A stretch of 64,000 bases of DNA from Candidatus Poribacteria bacterium (GCA_965205015.1 OZ242029.1:5248001-5312000), one strand, 5' to 3'. Shown: positions 29,147-40,086, counted from the first letter of the stretch. Translations and numbers: made by a program. Notes: generated from the sequence alone by a model not told the origin.

Positions 29147-30820
29147 ATGCGTTACAAAAAATTGACGATACCCACAATCGGTTTTATTGTGCTTCTCTTT
29201 ATCTCGCACATCGTGCTGAAAGCCGCATTCGCGCAAACCGTTTCTTCACGAAACCAAGATGTGCGTTTCACCGATATAACAACGGAACTCGGCATCGAAT
29301 TTCAGCATGTAAACGGTGAGAGCGGTAGGAAGTACTTTATTGAGCCGATCGGCAGCGGCGTTGCCCTCTTCGATTTTGACAATGACGGGGATTTGGATCT
29401 CTATTTCGTCAATGGTAGCGATTTGCCGGGCGGGACCTCATCAATTCTACCGACAAATCGTTTCTACCGCAATGATGGCGGCACTTTCACCGATATAACG
29501 GACGTTGCTTCTGTTGGTGATACAGGCTACGGGTTAGGGTGCTGCGTCGGCGATTACAACAACGACGGTTTCACGGATCTCTATGTGACGAACTACGGTC
29601 CGAATGTGCTGTATCGCAACAATGGGGACGGCACTTTTGCGGATGTCGCTGACACCGCTGGCGTTGATGGTGATCAGTTCAGCAGTGGGTGTGCTTTTGT
29701 AGACGTTGATGCCGATGGGTATCTGGATCTCTATGTCGTCAACTACGTTCAGTTCGACCCAGATACGAACCCTGAATGCGCTCGACTGGGGATTCCAACG
29801 TATTGCACACCGGAAGCACTCCCCGGCGTTGCTGATGTATTCTACCGTAACAACGGTGATGGCACCTTCAGGGATGTCTCAGGGAGCATAGGGATCGGCA
29901 CAGCAAATGGAAAGGGATTGGGTGTCGTCTGCGGCGATATGGATAACGACGGAGATGTCGATATTTTCGTTGCGAACGATACGACGCCGAATCTTCTCTA
30001 TCGCAACGAACGAAAGGGTGATGAGATGACGGAGGACGCGCTTTTCGCAGGCGTTGCGCTCAGCGAGGAAGGACGCGCCTATAGCGGGATGGGCGCAAAC
30101 CTCGGCGATTTTGATAACGACGGCTATCTCGATATCGTGATTACGAATTTTCAGGATCAGACGAATAGTCTCTATCACAATGCCCAGGGCGGATTCTTTA
30201 CCGAGATGAGTTTCGCCAAAGGGATCGGTGAGAGGAGTCTCCCCTATTTGGCGTGGGGTGTCGATTTCATCGATGTTAACAATGACGGCTGGTTGGACCT
30301 GTTTATTGCCAACGGGCACTTGGATGACAATATCGCCGAGATTGATCCGATTGGTACGTATGCACAGCCGAATCAACTTTTCCTGAATGATCAAAGTATC
30401 CGTTTTTCGGAGAATCCTGATGCGGCGATAGCACAGCGAAAAGTGAGTCGAGGTGCTGCTTTCGGCGATATGGATAACGATGGTGATATTGACATTGTCG
30501 TCTCCAACCTCAAAGACGCGCCGACCGTTTTGCGGAACGACAGTGGCAACGCGTCGCGGTGGTTAACCGTCAAGCTCATCGGGACCCGTTGCAATCGAGA
30601 TGCGATCGGAACACGGGTGACAATTGTTTCCGGGGAGTTGACGCAGATGCGTGAGGTCAAAAGCGGTTCGGGTTACCTCAGTCAAAACGACCTCCGTTTA
30701 CATTTTGGGTTAGCGAACGCGACGCGGGTTGATACGCTAACAGTGCGATGGCTCTGTGGTCGCGTCCAAACGCTACAGAACGTTGAAACGAATCAGGTAC
30801 TTGTTATCTTAGAAAATTAG
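29147..30820 (+). CDS. CRTAC1-like FG-GAP/ASPIC-UnbV secreted protein
   Basis: Signal peptide, repeated DxDNDGxxDL motifs, C-terminal SGSGYLSQNDLRLHFGL. Confidence 0.9.
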   Translation: MRYKKLTIPTIGFIVLLFISHIVLKAAFAQTVSSRNQDVRFTDITTELGIEFQHVNGESGRKYFIEPIGSGVALFDFDNDGDLDLYFVNGSDLPGGTSSILPTNRFYRNDGGTFTDITDVASVGDTGYGLGCCVGDYNNDGFTDLYVTNYGPNVLYRNNGDGTFADVADTAGVDGDQFSSGCAFVDVDADGYLDLYVVNYVQFDPDTNPECARLGIPTYCTPEALPGVADVFYRNNGDGTFRDVSGSIGIGTANGKGLGVVCGDMDNDGDVDIFVANDTTPNLLYRNERKGDEMTEDALFAGVALSEEGRAYSGMGANLGDFDNDGYLDIVITNFQDQTNSLYHNAQGGFFTEMSFAKGIGERSLPYLAWGVDFIDVNNDGWLDLFIANGHLDDNIAEIDPIGTYAQPNQLFLNDQSIRFSENPDAAIAQRKVSRGAAFGDMDNDGDIDIVVSNLKDAPTVLRNDSGNASRWLTVKLIGTRCNRDAIGTRVTIVSGELTQMREVKSGSGYLSQNDLRLHFGLANATRVDTLTVRWLCGRVQTLQNVETNQVLVILEN

Positions 30821-30929
30821 TGTCTATCTCTTCTATAGGAGCGATTTGAGGGTACTCCAAAGCGGACGGCGTGGGCCATCTGCCACCCTTTCACCTTCGT
30901 AGGTGGATAAATGGACTGGAGACTGATAA

Positions 30930-31196
30930 ATGCAAATAGATGTGTTGGAAGAACTTAAAGCACGTGACGAGCGCATTGAAAGATTGGAACGCGCGCTTTT
31001 ATTGGCGTTGAGTTTAAGCGTTGGGAATCACCTCGACAAGTCTTCTCAGAATTGTTTTAGCCATGTTTCATCTTTTGCGGTGGAGCAAATGGAGACCCTT
31101 ATTGCGGAGTCTGGAAGCACAGAGAAAGTCATCGAAGCACTGCTTGACACCACTGAAAAACGGTATCGTGTTGAACTCGATGCATTGGGTCGCTAA
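30930..31196 (+). CDS. Small hypothetical protein
   Basis: GGAG RBS, coiled-coil-like 88-aa ORF. Confidence 0.45.
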   Translation: MQIDVLEELKARDERIERLERALLLALSLSVGNHLDKSSQNCFSHVSSFAVEQMETLIAESGSTEKVIEALLDTTEKRYRVELDALGR

Positions 31197-31231
31197 CCTT
31201 GTGGGACCCCGTTACTTATCCGCAAGGTAAA

Positions 31232-32152
31232 TTAGGAAAGCGGTACCGCGTAATCATCTGGGTTGTCCTTTCGCCAGTTCGGGAGATAGCCTTCTTTGTG
31301 TCCAAAGCCGTAGGAGGGTCCGATCTGATTGATGCTCGACCAGGGCCACGCTTGCCCACCGATGAGACGAAATTCATCACTTTTGCCGCAGAGCCAATAA
31401 AACATGTGTGCCACGTATCTCGCCACGCCGTGTCCACCGTATTCGGCAGTCTGGGGATCAAATTCCGATTCTACCTTCCAATCCCGTGTCGGTGGAACCG
31501 TCCGCCAGTAGCTGTATTTTAGCATGTGGCGCAACCCTTCTGCTGTGGACTCACCGCGCCGATGGAGGATGCTTTGCGAGTGAATAACGAAAGAACCCGC
31601 CGGACCTTCGCTCGAAACACCTTTCTCGGCGATATCTCGACTTGTGGATCGGATGTGTGAACCGGGCAGAATCTCTGTCGGACCCAATTCCGACGGTGTA
31701 TCCTGCGGGAAATAAAAGACCTCCACGAAATTGGTTTCGGGGCCAAAGACATGATCGGCATCGTGGTGCCATCCCTGTGCAGGCATCGGACACTCAACAC
31801 GATGGTTGCTGACCAACACCGGCAACCCGACATTCTTGCCGAGCAATGCGCGTAGTGCGCCAGCGAGTTCACGATTCAGCAGGACATGCTCAATATACCA
31901 ATCCTCAAGCAGAATCGAGCTGGGTTCATGCGTATCCCGCATCCGTTCTAAATCGGCGTGTGTCAGTCCATCGGGCATAAAACACGGATTTATCGGCAAA
32001 TCACCGTTGAGATAATCACACGTCCGCTGATTAATTTCGTCAGGAACCACCCCTTGAAGTTGCAGGTAGCCATCCCGACAGTATTGTAGCACCTGTGTAT
32101 CGGTGAGCGTCGGTTCACAATCAAAGGTTCGGTTTACTGTGTCGTGTTTCAT
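31232..32152 (-). CDS. PhyH-family dioxygenase
   Basis: RDGYLQL, WHHD (HxD), GPTEILPGSH, ILHRR. Confidence 0.85.
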   Translation of the reverse strand: MKHDTVNRTFDCEPTLTDTQVLQYCRDGYLQLQGVVPDEINQRTCDYLNGDLPINPCFMPDGLTHADLERMRDTHEPSSILLEDWYIEHVLLNRELAGALRALLGKNVGLPVLVSNHRVECPMPAQGWHHDADHVFGPETNFVEVFYFPQDTPSELGPTEILPGSHIRSTSRDIAEKGVSSEGPAGSFVIHSQSILHRRGESTAEGLRHMLKYSYWRTVPPTRDWKVESEFDPQTAEYGGHGVARYVAHMFYWLCGKSDEFRLIGGQAWPWSSINQIGPSYGFGHKEGYLPNWRKDNPDDYAVPLS

Positions 32153-32172
32153 TTTTAATTCCCTCACACTTC

Positions 32173-32580
32173 TTATTTTTCCATTCTAAAAACACCAATT
32201 CTGAAGCCGTAGTTCTTGTAAAAGGCGACGGCATCTTCGTTATGTACCAGCACGTCCAACCTGACTTTTTTATCTGTCCATACGTTTTCGTATAACCAAT
32301 CCAGCAACCGCGTCGCAATGCCTTTGCGTCGGTGTGCTCTGTCTACGTACAATTGCCGCATGTAGTAATATCCACCATCGTCTCTGTATAGGCAATAGCC
32401 GACAATGTGTCCCATCTGCTTCGCGACATAGCAGATGTAATCGGTTGCCAACCATGATTTCATCCGTTGCGTGAGTTGAGCAATGTTCATTGGATCCGGA
32501 TGCCGCTCGTCCTCAATGAGATGCTTGTTCAGTTTAGCGAGCGTTTCGACATCCGCGAGTTCAGCCTTGACGATTTCCAT
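32173..32580 (-). CDS. GNAT N-acetyltransferase
   Basis: QLYVDRAHRRKGIATRL motif A; NEDAVAFYKNYGF. Confidence 0.88.
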   Translation of the reverse strand: MEIVKAELADVETLAKLNKHLIEDERHPDPMNIAQLTQRMKSWLATDYICYVAKQMGHIVGYCLYRDDGGYYYMRQLYVDRAHRRKGIATRLLDWLYENVWTDKKVRLDVLVHNEDAVAFYKNYGFRIGVFRMEK

Positions 32581-32593
32581 TGGGATTGCCTGA

Positions 32594-33403
32594 TTACGTC
32601 AGTGTCACGGTATTCTGTTTTACGAGGTCCTTTATTTCCCATTCTGAACCGTAAGCCGCCAACGCCTTCGTCTCGGGAGAGAGTCTCTCCATCACTTCTG
32701 GTGGAAAGGCTTCTCGGACCCCGCGCTCGTCTTGAAAGAACTGCGTCTTGTATCGCAGAATTAGGAATCTCCGATCGCGATCTGTCGGTTTCCACACCAG
32801 CACACCGTGTGTCAACATTTCAGTGATGATTACAACGTCCCCTGCTTTTGGGGTTACGTTGACGAGTGCCGGATGGAGCGGGGCATCTGGCGTGTCGGGT
32901 TCGGGGAAAAATAGATTCTCAGGACGCGCAAACTCACGCTTATGGGAACCCGGCAAAACTACCAAACCGCCGTCCCCCGGATAGACATCCGTGAAATAGA
33001 AGAAAGCCACGACATCGTTTGTGAAGATCTGATCGTCTCTAACGCCATACCGTCGGGTCCACCGAAAACCTTCACCGGCACAATGGAGCGGTGTCATTTC
33101 CTGTCGCTCGTGCGTATTCACAACAAGTGATCCACGATTGAAACGCGGTTTGTTCCACGTCAGTTCTTTGATGATCGGCCACGTAACAGGATGTAGTGTG
33201 AGTGCCTCAAGCGATTTGTCTGCCGAAAATCCGTTTGAAAAACCTTCACCACCCCTGCTAATTCCGGACGGCAATTCATCTGGTGCCGCCTGCACAAGCC
33301 GTTCGATTGTTGCCTGTGCATTGCTCAGTTCTTCTGACGTCAGGACGTTCTCTAAATGTAGGTAACCACGTAGGTCAAAGAGATATTTCTGTTTCGGAGT
33401 CAT
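32594..33403 (-). CDS. PhyH-family Fe(II)/2OG oxygenase (HxA variant)
   Basis: FDLRGYL, GDGGLVVLPGSHK, AGDVVIITEMLTHG; first ligand motif LHCA. Confidence 0.8.
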   Translation of the reverse strand: MTPKQKYLFDLRGYLHLENVLTSEELSNAQATIERLVQAAPDELPSGISRGGEGFSNGFSADKSLEALTLHPVTWPIIKELTWNKPRFNRGSLVVNTHERQEMTPLHCAGEGFRWTRRYGVRDDQIFTNDVVAFFYFTDVYPGDGGLVVLPGSHKREFARPENLFFPEPDTPDAPLHPALVNVTPKAGDVVIITEMLTHGVLVWKPTDRDRRFLILRYKTQFFQDERGVREAFPPEVMERLSPETKALAAYGSEWEIKDLVKQNTVTLT

Positions 33404-33539
33404 ATCCTTTCCTCAAGCGGGGTACGGGTATCGTTTCTTGCGGAATATAGTATAAAGGATTGCTTTAAATTTCAAGGTAATTTACAATAATGGCATGGGT
33501 TAGATGCGTTACTCCAACGCTTTAGTGGAGGGATTCAAG

Positions 33540-33851
33540 GTGGAAAATCAAACAGTCCTTAGCAAGGCGTTTATCAAGCAGACACTTGTGGACAATCGAA
33601 AAACACTGCGGGAATATGGGGTCAAGCGGATCGGCTTGTTTGGGTCTTACGTCCGCGGCACAGCAACTGCCGCAAGCGACATTGATTTCCTTGTTGAACT
33701 GGAGAGACTGACTTTTCGCGACTACATGGGGTTGGCTCTGTTTCTTGAAGACCTGTTTCAGAAAGATGTTGACCTGGTTACCCCTACCTCTATTAAACCG
33801 GGTTTCAAACCTTATATTGAAAAAGAGATAGAGTATGTCACGGAACTATGA
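33540..33851 (+). CDS. MNT (minimal nucleotidyltransferase) antitoxin
   Basis: GLFGSYVRG...SDIDFLV; GTG start after GGAGG. Confidence 0.88.
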   Translation: MENQTVLSKAFIKQTLVDNRKTLREYGVKRIGLFGSYVRGTATAASDIDFLVELERLTFRDYMGLALFLEDLFQKDVDLVTPTSIKPGFKPYIEKEIEYVTEL

Positions 33852-34179
33852 TCTATACCTCCAAGACATAGTGACGGCAGCTGACCGCATTGCATCCTAC
33901 GTTGAAGGCATTACTGGTAGTGAGTTTGAGGCAGATCAGATGCGGATTGATGCCGTTATCCGAAACCTTCAGATCATCGGTGAAGCGGTCAAGAAGATCC
34001 CCGATTCAACTCAGAAAGAGTATCCAAGTATTCCATGGCAGGAAATTGCAGGGTTAAGAAACAGAGTAACCCATGTATATTTTGATGTGGATATCAATAT
34101 TATCTGGGATGTAGTGCAATTTGAACTTCCAATGCTGAAAACACAAATTCAGCTGATTCTCAAAGAGAGAAGCGGATGA
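33835..34179 (+). CDS. HEPN (DUF86/HepT-like) RNase toxin
   Basis: IIGEA, IPW, RNRVTHVY (RX4HXY); overlaps the MNT gene. Confidence 0.88.
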   Translation: MSRNYDLYLQDIVTAADRIASYVEGITGSEFEADQMRIDAVIRNLQIIGEAVKKIPDSTQKEYPSIPWQEIAGLRNRVTHVYFDVDINIIWDVVQFELPMLKTQIQLILKERSG

Positions 34180-34289
34180 TACCGTCTCCCGAAATCGGAC
34201 AGAGCGTATACTTGACAATTTTCCATAATGTATTAGAATGTTTAATCAATCTGGATAGTAGGTATATCTGCATTAAAAGGGAGGATGCT

Positions 34290-35111
34290 ATGTTTAACTG
34301 GACAATTCGGTCTATCTATAAACCTTTAACATTTGTTGTTATATGCACAGTTGGTTTGATGATGCTACCTCATATCGGAGATGCCGCACCCAAACCCGAA
34401 GTTTGGTTTTCTTTCAAAGGAAAAAAGGCAGGGGTCGTTGAAGATGCCAGCGGAAACGGAAATGACGGTAGGATTGAGGGCAATGCAAAGCGTGTCAAAA
34501 GTAAAGACGGTCCTTATGGGATGGGCATCGAACTCAGCAAAGCTTTGGACCAGTTCATTGAATTCGATTACGAAATGACCGATCCCGGCACCGTTTTATT
34601 CTGGTTTAAGCCGCACTGGAATGGTGGCGACGCTGGGACCTTTAGGATATTCGATGCCAACAATGCAGTCGTCTTCTTCTCGATTGGGAAAGGTGCCGTC
34701 ATCGGAGAGCGGGAAAATGAGTTCCACTTCGCAGTAGAGGATGCACCCGATACAGACTATTATCTCGCCGCTCAGGCGGCTGACGTTGTTAAGAAAGATA
34801 CGTGGATGCACGTCGCAGCAACTTGGGATTTCGGTGGATCTGCTTTCTTCTATCTTGATGGTGAGGAAGTCGCTACAGCGAAAGGGTTCGCAGGATTTCC
34901 TGCATTTCATGAATCCCCCAGAATCGGAGGAAATAACAAGTTTAAGTACAGAGCCACCACGGCAGGGGCTCACGGTGTTATTGACGAATTTGCCATTTAC
35001 AGCGAAGTCTTGTCGCAAAAGGACATCCAGAGGGAAATGGAGATGCTCGTTTCTGATGTGAAGCCCGAAGGCAAAATCGCTGTCACCTGGGGACGGCTCA
35101 AAAGCGAGTAA
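34290..35111 (+). CDS. Secreted LamG/concanavalin-like domain protein with C-terminal TWGRLK motif
   Basis: Signal peptide, DASGNGNDG, WMHVAATW, YLDG, GVIDEFAIY, VKPEGKIAVTWGRLK. Confidence 0.85.
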   Translation: MFNWTIRSIYKPLTFVVICTVGLMMLPHIGDAAPKPEVWFSFKGKKAGVVEDASGNGNDGRIEGNAKRVKSKDGPYGMGIELSKALDQFIEFDYEMTDPGTVLFWFKPHWNGGDAGTFRIFDANNAVVFFSIGKGAVIGERENEFHFAVEDAPDTDYYLAAQAADVVKKDTWMHVAATWDFGGSAFFYLDGEEVATAKGFAGFPAFHESPRIGGNNKFKYRATTAGAHGVIDEFAIYSEVLSQKDIQREMEMLVSDVKPEGKIAVTWGRLKSE

Positions 35112-35232
35112 TTCATTATAAAAACACGATGTTAACGAATGAGAGCGTTTATAGTAGGGCGATTCATCACACGTTCTGACTGTGCGCTAATGGACAGTGA
35201 ATTGCTCTACTACAAACTTCTTCCCCTTAACC

Positions 35233-36627
35233 CTACTCATAATCCTCCAATTCATCCCGCAACTGTTCCAATTCCGCTTTCAATTCCACCACAACCCCGT
35301 TATATGCCGGATCTGCGTAAACATTGTGCATTTCATGCGGATCCTTCTCCAAGTCGAACAGTTCCCATTCGGGCGGTGTCGAGCGGTCAATTGCCCCGCC
35401 TGATCCCAATGCTTCACCGTAATAGTAGATAAGTTTATACCGTTCCGTCCGCACGCCGTAGTGCGCTGGGATGTTAAAGTGCGCCAGGTGCATCCAATAC
35501 CGATAATACATGGACGTGCGCCAATCCGCTGGCGTTTCACCTTCCAATGACGTTCGGAGGCTACATCCTTGCATGTCGTTTGGAATTGATACGCCTGCGT
35601 AGTCGAGTAACGTCGGCGCGAAGTCAACGTTCAGTGTAATTTGCTCGCTCACACCCGCCGCTTGGATCTCGCGTGGATACCGGACGAGCAACGGAATCCG
35701 CATCGATTCCTCATACATGAACCGTTTATCGTACCATCCATGGTCGCCTAAAAAGAACCCGTGATCTGCCGAATAGATGACGATTGTGTCCTCCGCAAGG
35801 CCTTCGGCATCCAGATAATCGAGCAGTCGTCCGACGTTTTCGTCGATGGCGTGCGCACAGCGTAGGTAGTTCTGCATATAGCACTGGTAGTTCCACCGTT
35901 TCAAATCATCACCCTCCAGACCTTCAGGTGTCGGTTCCGGGAGATGATTTTTCCGTTGCATGATGTCTACTTTGGCTGTATTCATTGCGGCAGCTGCCGC
36001 TCGATTTTCATAAGCGTCGTTGAAAGTCGGTGGCTCAGGGATCTCCTCTGTGTAGAGATGTTGATGCTTGGGATTCGGAAAGAACGGATCGTGTGTCGCC
36101 TTATAGGTCGTCATCAGAAAGAACGGCTGATCCGCTTCCCTATTGTGTAGCCAATTCAACGAACTGTCCGTCACAATGTCAGCGGAGTATCCATCAAATT
36201 TCTTCCGTTCCCCCATCTCAATCATTTCAGGATTGATGTGTGCACCTTGGACAGGAAACACGTTCCAGTAATCGAATCCGTGCGGGTCGTTGACACCCCC
36301 GTGTCCGAGATGCCACTTCCCGACAATCGCTGTCTGATACCCATCTTCATGCAGCATCTGTGCAACCGTTTGTTCCCGCGTGTGATCGATTGTATCCGAG
36401 AGGGTTTTAATGCCGGTCTTATGGCTGTATTTTCCGGTGAGGATAGAACCGCGTGCTGGTGTGCAGATTGCGTTCGTGCAGAAACAGTTGTTGAATCGCA
36501 TCCCACCGTTGCCGATTCGGTCGATATTTGGAGTGTGATTCATTTCACTGCCATAGCAGCTGATCGCGGGTGCCGCATGGTCATCGGATACGATAAGGAG
36601 TATATTCGGTCTATGTGGAGTCGGCAT
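35233..36627 (-). CDS. Sulfatase (formylglycine-dependent)
   Basis: RPNILLIVSDDH, CTPARGSILTG (CxPxR), GKWHLG, ADHGFFLG, DKR. Confidence 0.93.
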   Translation of the reverse strand: MPTPHRPNILLIVSDDHAAPAISCYGSEMNHTPNIDRIGNGGMRFNNCFCTNAICTPARGSILTGKYSHKTGIKTLSDTIDHTREQTVAQMLHEDGYQTAIVGKWHLGHGGVNDPHGFDYWNVFPVQGAHINPEMIEMGERKKFDGYSADIVTDSSLNWLHNREADQPFFLMTTYKATHDPFFPNPKHQHLYTEEIPEPPTFNDAYENRAAAAAMNTAKVDIMQRKNHLPEPTPEGLEGDDLKRWNYQCYMQNYLRCAHAIDENVGRLLDYLDAEGLAEDTIVIYSADHGFFLGDHGWYDKRFMYEESMRIPLLVRYPREIQAAGVSEQITLNVDFAPTLLDYAGVSIPNDMQGCSLRTSLEGETPADWRTSMYYRYWMHLAHFNIPAHYGVRTERYKLIYYYGEALGSGGAIDRSTPPEWELFDLEKDPHEMHNVYADPAYNGVVVELKAELEQLRDELEDYE

Positions 36628-36630
36628 GGC

Positions 36631-37653
36631 TTATTCCCAGGGTTTGAGGATAATCTTTGAACTTTCTTGAGATGCGGAGGTTTCAAATGCCTGCTGGATC
36701 TCACTCATCGGGTAGATATTGCTGATGAGCAAGTCGAGGAGTGGTGAACCTTCGATGACCTTCATCAAGCCGGGAAATTGATTGAGGTTATAATGCCATG
36801 CCCCCATGAGACGCAACCCTTTACCGATGAGATCTGGGCTCACGTGGAGGACGGTGTCGTTTCTGCCGCTCTGTCCGACGAAGGCAATCGTGCCACGCCG
36901 GCGCGTCGCATCGATGCAGAGTCGGTGTGCTTGAACGTTTCCTGAGCAGTCGAGTGCGAAGTCCACACCGCGGCCGTCCGTCGTGAGATCGCGAATCTGG
37001 TCTACGGCATCTTCATCGGTTGGATTGATGACCGCTTCGACGCCCATCTGTCTTGCGCGTTCGGCGCGCCACGGAATCAGTTCCGCTGCAATGACTTTAG
37101 CCCCACGAAACTGTGCGTTGGTAATCGCTCCGAAACCGACGGGACCGATACCGGTAATCAGCACAGTGTGGGTCGCGTTAACACCCATTTCGTCGAACGC
37201 TCGGTACGACGGACCCAAGGCACAACACGCAAGGGAGGCGTGTTCGTAGGAGACATCGTCTGGAATCTTCGGGAGCAACCAAGAGGGTTTGAGGATGTAC
37301 TGTGCCATCGTCGCACTCCCGTGACGGGTGCCGACGAATTCCTCAAAATTGTAGTTGTTTTCGCAGTGGATGTAGTCACCATCGGTACAAAGGACGCACT
37401 TCCCACAGGGGTATTGCGGCATGACCACAACGCGGTCGCCGATCTCCACTTTTCCGGGTTGGGCGATGTCGACGACTTCGCCTGCGGCTTCGTGTCCAAG
37501 CCCGTCGGTTTTGTGTCCATACTCGAAAGCGTGGTATTCGGTACACATCGGCGAGGCATGGATTTTTACGACGACCCAATCCTCTTTCGGTATCGGATCT
37601 GGTACTTCGACGAGTCCTGCTTGATGTTCACCTAAGACTGCTGCTACTTTCAT
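36631..37653 (-). CDS. Zinc-binding medium-chain dehydrogenase
   Basis: MCTE, GHEAAG, CGKCVLC...C, GIGPVG; start taken at MKVAAV. Confidence 0.9.
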   Translation of the reverse strand: MKVAAVLGEHQAGLVEVPDPIPKEDWVVVKIHASPMCTEYHAFEYGHKTDGLGHEAAGEVVDIAQPGKVEIGDRVVVMPQYPCGKCVLCTDGDYIHCENNYNFEEFVGTRHGSATMAQYILKPSWLLPKIPDDVSYEHASLACCALGPSYRAFDEMGVNATHTVLITGIGPVGFGAITNAQFRGAKVIAAELIPWRAERARQMGVEAVINPTDEDAVDQIRDLTTDGRGVDFALDCSGNVQAHRLCIDATRRRGTIAFVGQSGRNDTVLHVSPDLIGKGLRLMGAWHYNLNQFPGLMKVIEGSPLLDLLISNIYPMSEIQQAFETSASQESSKIILKPWE

Positions 37654-38040
37654 TGTTGCTCCTTCTGTTTTTCGCCAAAGATATAGGGATATTTCGATTG
37701 AATCTTCGTCCATTTTAGCATAAGTCGGTCTGCAAAGCAAATTATTGCGAGGGTGTAACTCTCTTGTCAGACGTGTAGGTTGAAATCCCAGCGGTCCAGG
37801 GTAAGAACCGCTCCTACAATCGTCTGAGTCTTCGGAGTTGTTGTGAAGCGCGCTCTTAACTGATAACTGACAACCGACGACTGACAACTATTCAAAACTT
37901 TGCTTGACAAAATTGGCGAAAACCTGTTTAATAATAGAGGCGAATACAAACACGCACAGCAAGCATCGACTTGCAAGTCATACCAGAGGTGCCGTGTTTA
38001 CGGCATATCAGGATTTAATCTTTAATAAAAGGGAAATCAA

Positions 38041-38502
38041 ATGAAAATAGAACAACGACTTGAGGAATTAGGTGTGGAACTGCCAGAACCCGCGGTTCCG
38101 GTAGCGAATTACGTCACAACGGTGCAAACCGGCAATCTCGTCTTTACCTCCGGACATGGACCCGGGACAGGCGAAGGTGCAATCTATCAGAGCCAACTCG
38201 GTACCGATGCGACGATCGAGGAAGGCTACGCTTCGGCACGCCAGGTGGCAATCTGTTTGTTGAGCACCCTCAAACACGCACTCGGTGATCTCGACAGAAT
38301 CAAGCGTGTCGTCAAAGTGATTGGGTTCGTCAATTCGGCGCCCGACTTCACCGACCAACCCGCGGTTGTCAACGGCGCATCGGACTTTTTGGTCGAGGTG
38401 TTCGGTGATAAAGGCAGACATGCCCGCTCCGCAGTCGGCATGGTGCAATTGCCCGGCGGGATTCCCGTTGAAGTTGAGATGGTTGTTGAAATTGAAAACT
38501 AA
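38041..38502 (+). CDS. RidA/YjgF-family protein
   Basis: ANYV, SGHGP, VNGASD, GRHARSAVG, PVEVE. Confidence 0.9.
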   Translation: MKIEQRLEELGVELPEPAVPVANYVTTVQTGNLVFTSGHGPGTGEGAIYQSQLGTDATIEEGYASARQVAICLLSTLKHALGDLDRIKRVVKVIGFVNSAPDFTDQPAVVNGASDFLVEVFGDKGRHARSAVGMVQLPGGIPVEVEMVVEIEN

Positions 38503-38525
38503 TGGCTTGAGAAAAGAAGGATACA

Positions 38526-39719
38526 ATGGCGATTCAAATTATTAAGCCTCGGATACGCGGGTTTATTTGCACCAATGCCCATCCGGCGGGTTGTCATGCG
38601 AATGTCCTTAATCAGATAGATGAGATTAAACAGGGCATTCCCTACAAAGCGACAGAGACGAACGCACTCGTCATCGGGGCATCAACAGGTTACGGGCTCG
38701 CCTCTCGGATCGCTCTGACGTGGGCTTACGGTGCGAAGACGCTTGGGCTTCTTTATGAACGTCCCGCTGATAGCAGACGCACTGCAACGGCGGGTTACTA
38801 TAACACTGCTGCTTTCCATCGACAGGCGACAGCGGATGGGTTTTTCGCTGATAGCCTTAACGGAGATGCGTTTTCAGATGAGATGAAGGTCGAAGCAATT
38901 AACCGACTCAAAGCGGACTTCGGGAAAATAGATATCCTTGTTTACAGTATTGCTGCACCGCGACGCATACACCCGAAAACCGGTGCCTCACATCAATCTG
39001 TCCTCAAACCCATTGACGCCCCTTATACAGGGAAAACGATTGATCTCAATCGTGAAGTTATTACACCCGTGACAATTGAGCCTGCGAATGATCAAGAGAT
39101 CGCTGATACAGCTGCCGTGATGGGTGGTGAAGATTTAGAGATGTGGATTGACGCCTTGGCAGAAGCGGAGTTGCTCGCGTCAGAGGTTACGGTTGTTGCC
39201 TATACCTATATCGGGAGTTCCTTAACCTGGCCCATTTACCGGGACGGGACTATCGGTAGAGCGAAGGATGATCTCAAGGCGCGTGTTGACGCTCTTGACG
39301 AACGGCTCGCAAATCAACTTAGTGGCAATGCCTATATCTCGGTGAACAAAGCCGTCGTTACACAAGCGTCTGCAGCAATTCCTGTCGTGCCGCTCTATAT
39401 CAGTATCCTCTATGACATTATGGATGCCAGGGGCATCAATGAGGCACCGATTGGGCAGATGCGACGGCTCTTCTCGGAGCATCTCGGACCTGGACGACAA
39501 CCGCAGCTCGACAGCGAACGCTACATTCGTCTTGATGACCGTGAGTTACACCCTGAGGTGACAAACGCAGTGACGGAGCGGTGGGGACAAATTGATACCG
39601 ACAATTTCCATGAACTCTCCGATTACGCAGGCTTCAGGCGACGCTTCCGAAATCTGTTCGGGTTTGAGGTTGAAGGCGTAGACTACGATGCAGCGGTGGA
39701 GACGGAGTTGGTGTTTTAG
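38526..39719 (+). CDS. fabV: Enoyl-ACP/trans-2-enoyl-CoA reductase FabV
   Basis: IRGFICTNAHPAGC, GASTGYGLASR, YSIAAP, VMGGED, YxxGTIGRAK, TQASAAIP, FGF. Confidence 0.92.
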   Translation: MAIQIIKPRIRGFICTNAHPAGCHANVLNQIDEIKQGIPYKATETNALVIGASTGYGLASRIALTWAYGAKTLGLLYERPADSRRTATAGYYNTAAFHRQATADGFFADSLNGDAFSDEMKVEAINRLKADFGKIDILVYSIAAPRRIHPKTGASHQSVLKPIDAPYTGKTIDLNREVITPVTIEPANDQEIADTAAVMGGEDLEMWIDALAEAELLASEVTVVAYTYIGSSLTWPIYRDGTIGRAKDDLKARVDALDERLANQLSGNAYISVNKAVVTQASAAIPVVPLYISILYDIMDARGINEAPIGQMRRLFSEHLGPGRQPQLDSERYIRLDDRELHPEVTNAVTERWGQIDTDNFHELSDYAGFRRRFRNLFGFEVEGVDYDAAVETELVF

Positions 39720-39753
39720 GAATAGAAGGCAATAGAGGTCAAGCAAAACCTGA

Positions 39754-40086
39754 ATGCGGAACATACGACCCAGAAAACTGCAAGCCTACCGGACTTCAAA
39801 CGGCAGAGAACCTTTCACCGAATGGCTTATATCTATTCACGATAGAAATATGCGAAACAGAATTGAAAGACGACTTGACCGGATCAGATCTGGCAATTTT
39901 GGGGATTGCGGTTCTGTTGGTAGTGGTGTATTTGAAGTAAGACTTCATTTTGGACCTGGCTATCGTGTCTATTTCGGTGAAGTGGATGATACTATCGTTT
40001 TCCTACTCTGTGGTGGCGACAAGTCATCGCAGGAGCGGGATATTGAACGCGCAAAGAGGTATTGGCTGGACTATAAGGAGACATGA
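39754..40086 (+). CDS. RelE/HigB-like addiction module toxin
   Basis: GREPFTEW, GNFGD, EVRLHFGPGYRVYF, LLCGGDKSSQ. Confidence 0.88.
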   Translation: MRNIRPRKLQAYRTSNGREPFTEWLISIHDRNMRNRIERRLDRIRSGNFGDCGSVGSGVFEVRLHFGPGYRVYFGEVDDTIVFLLCGGDKSSQERDIERAKRYWLDYKET

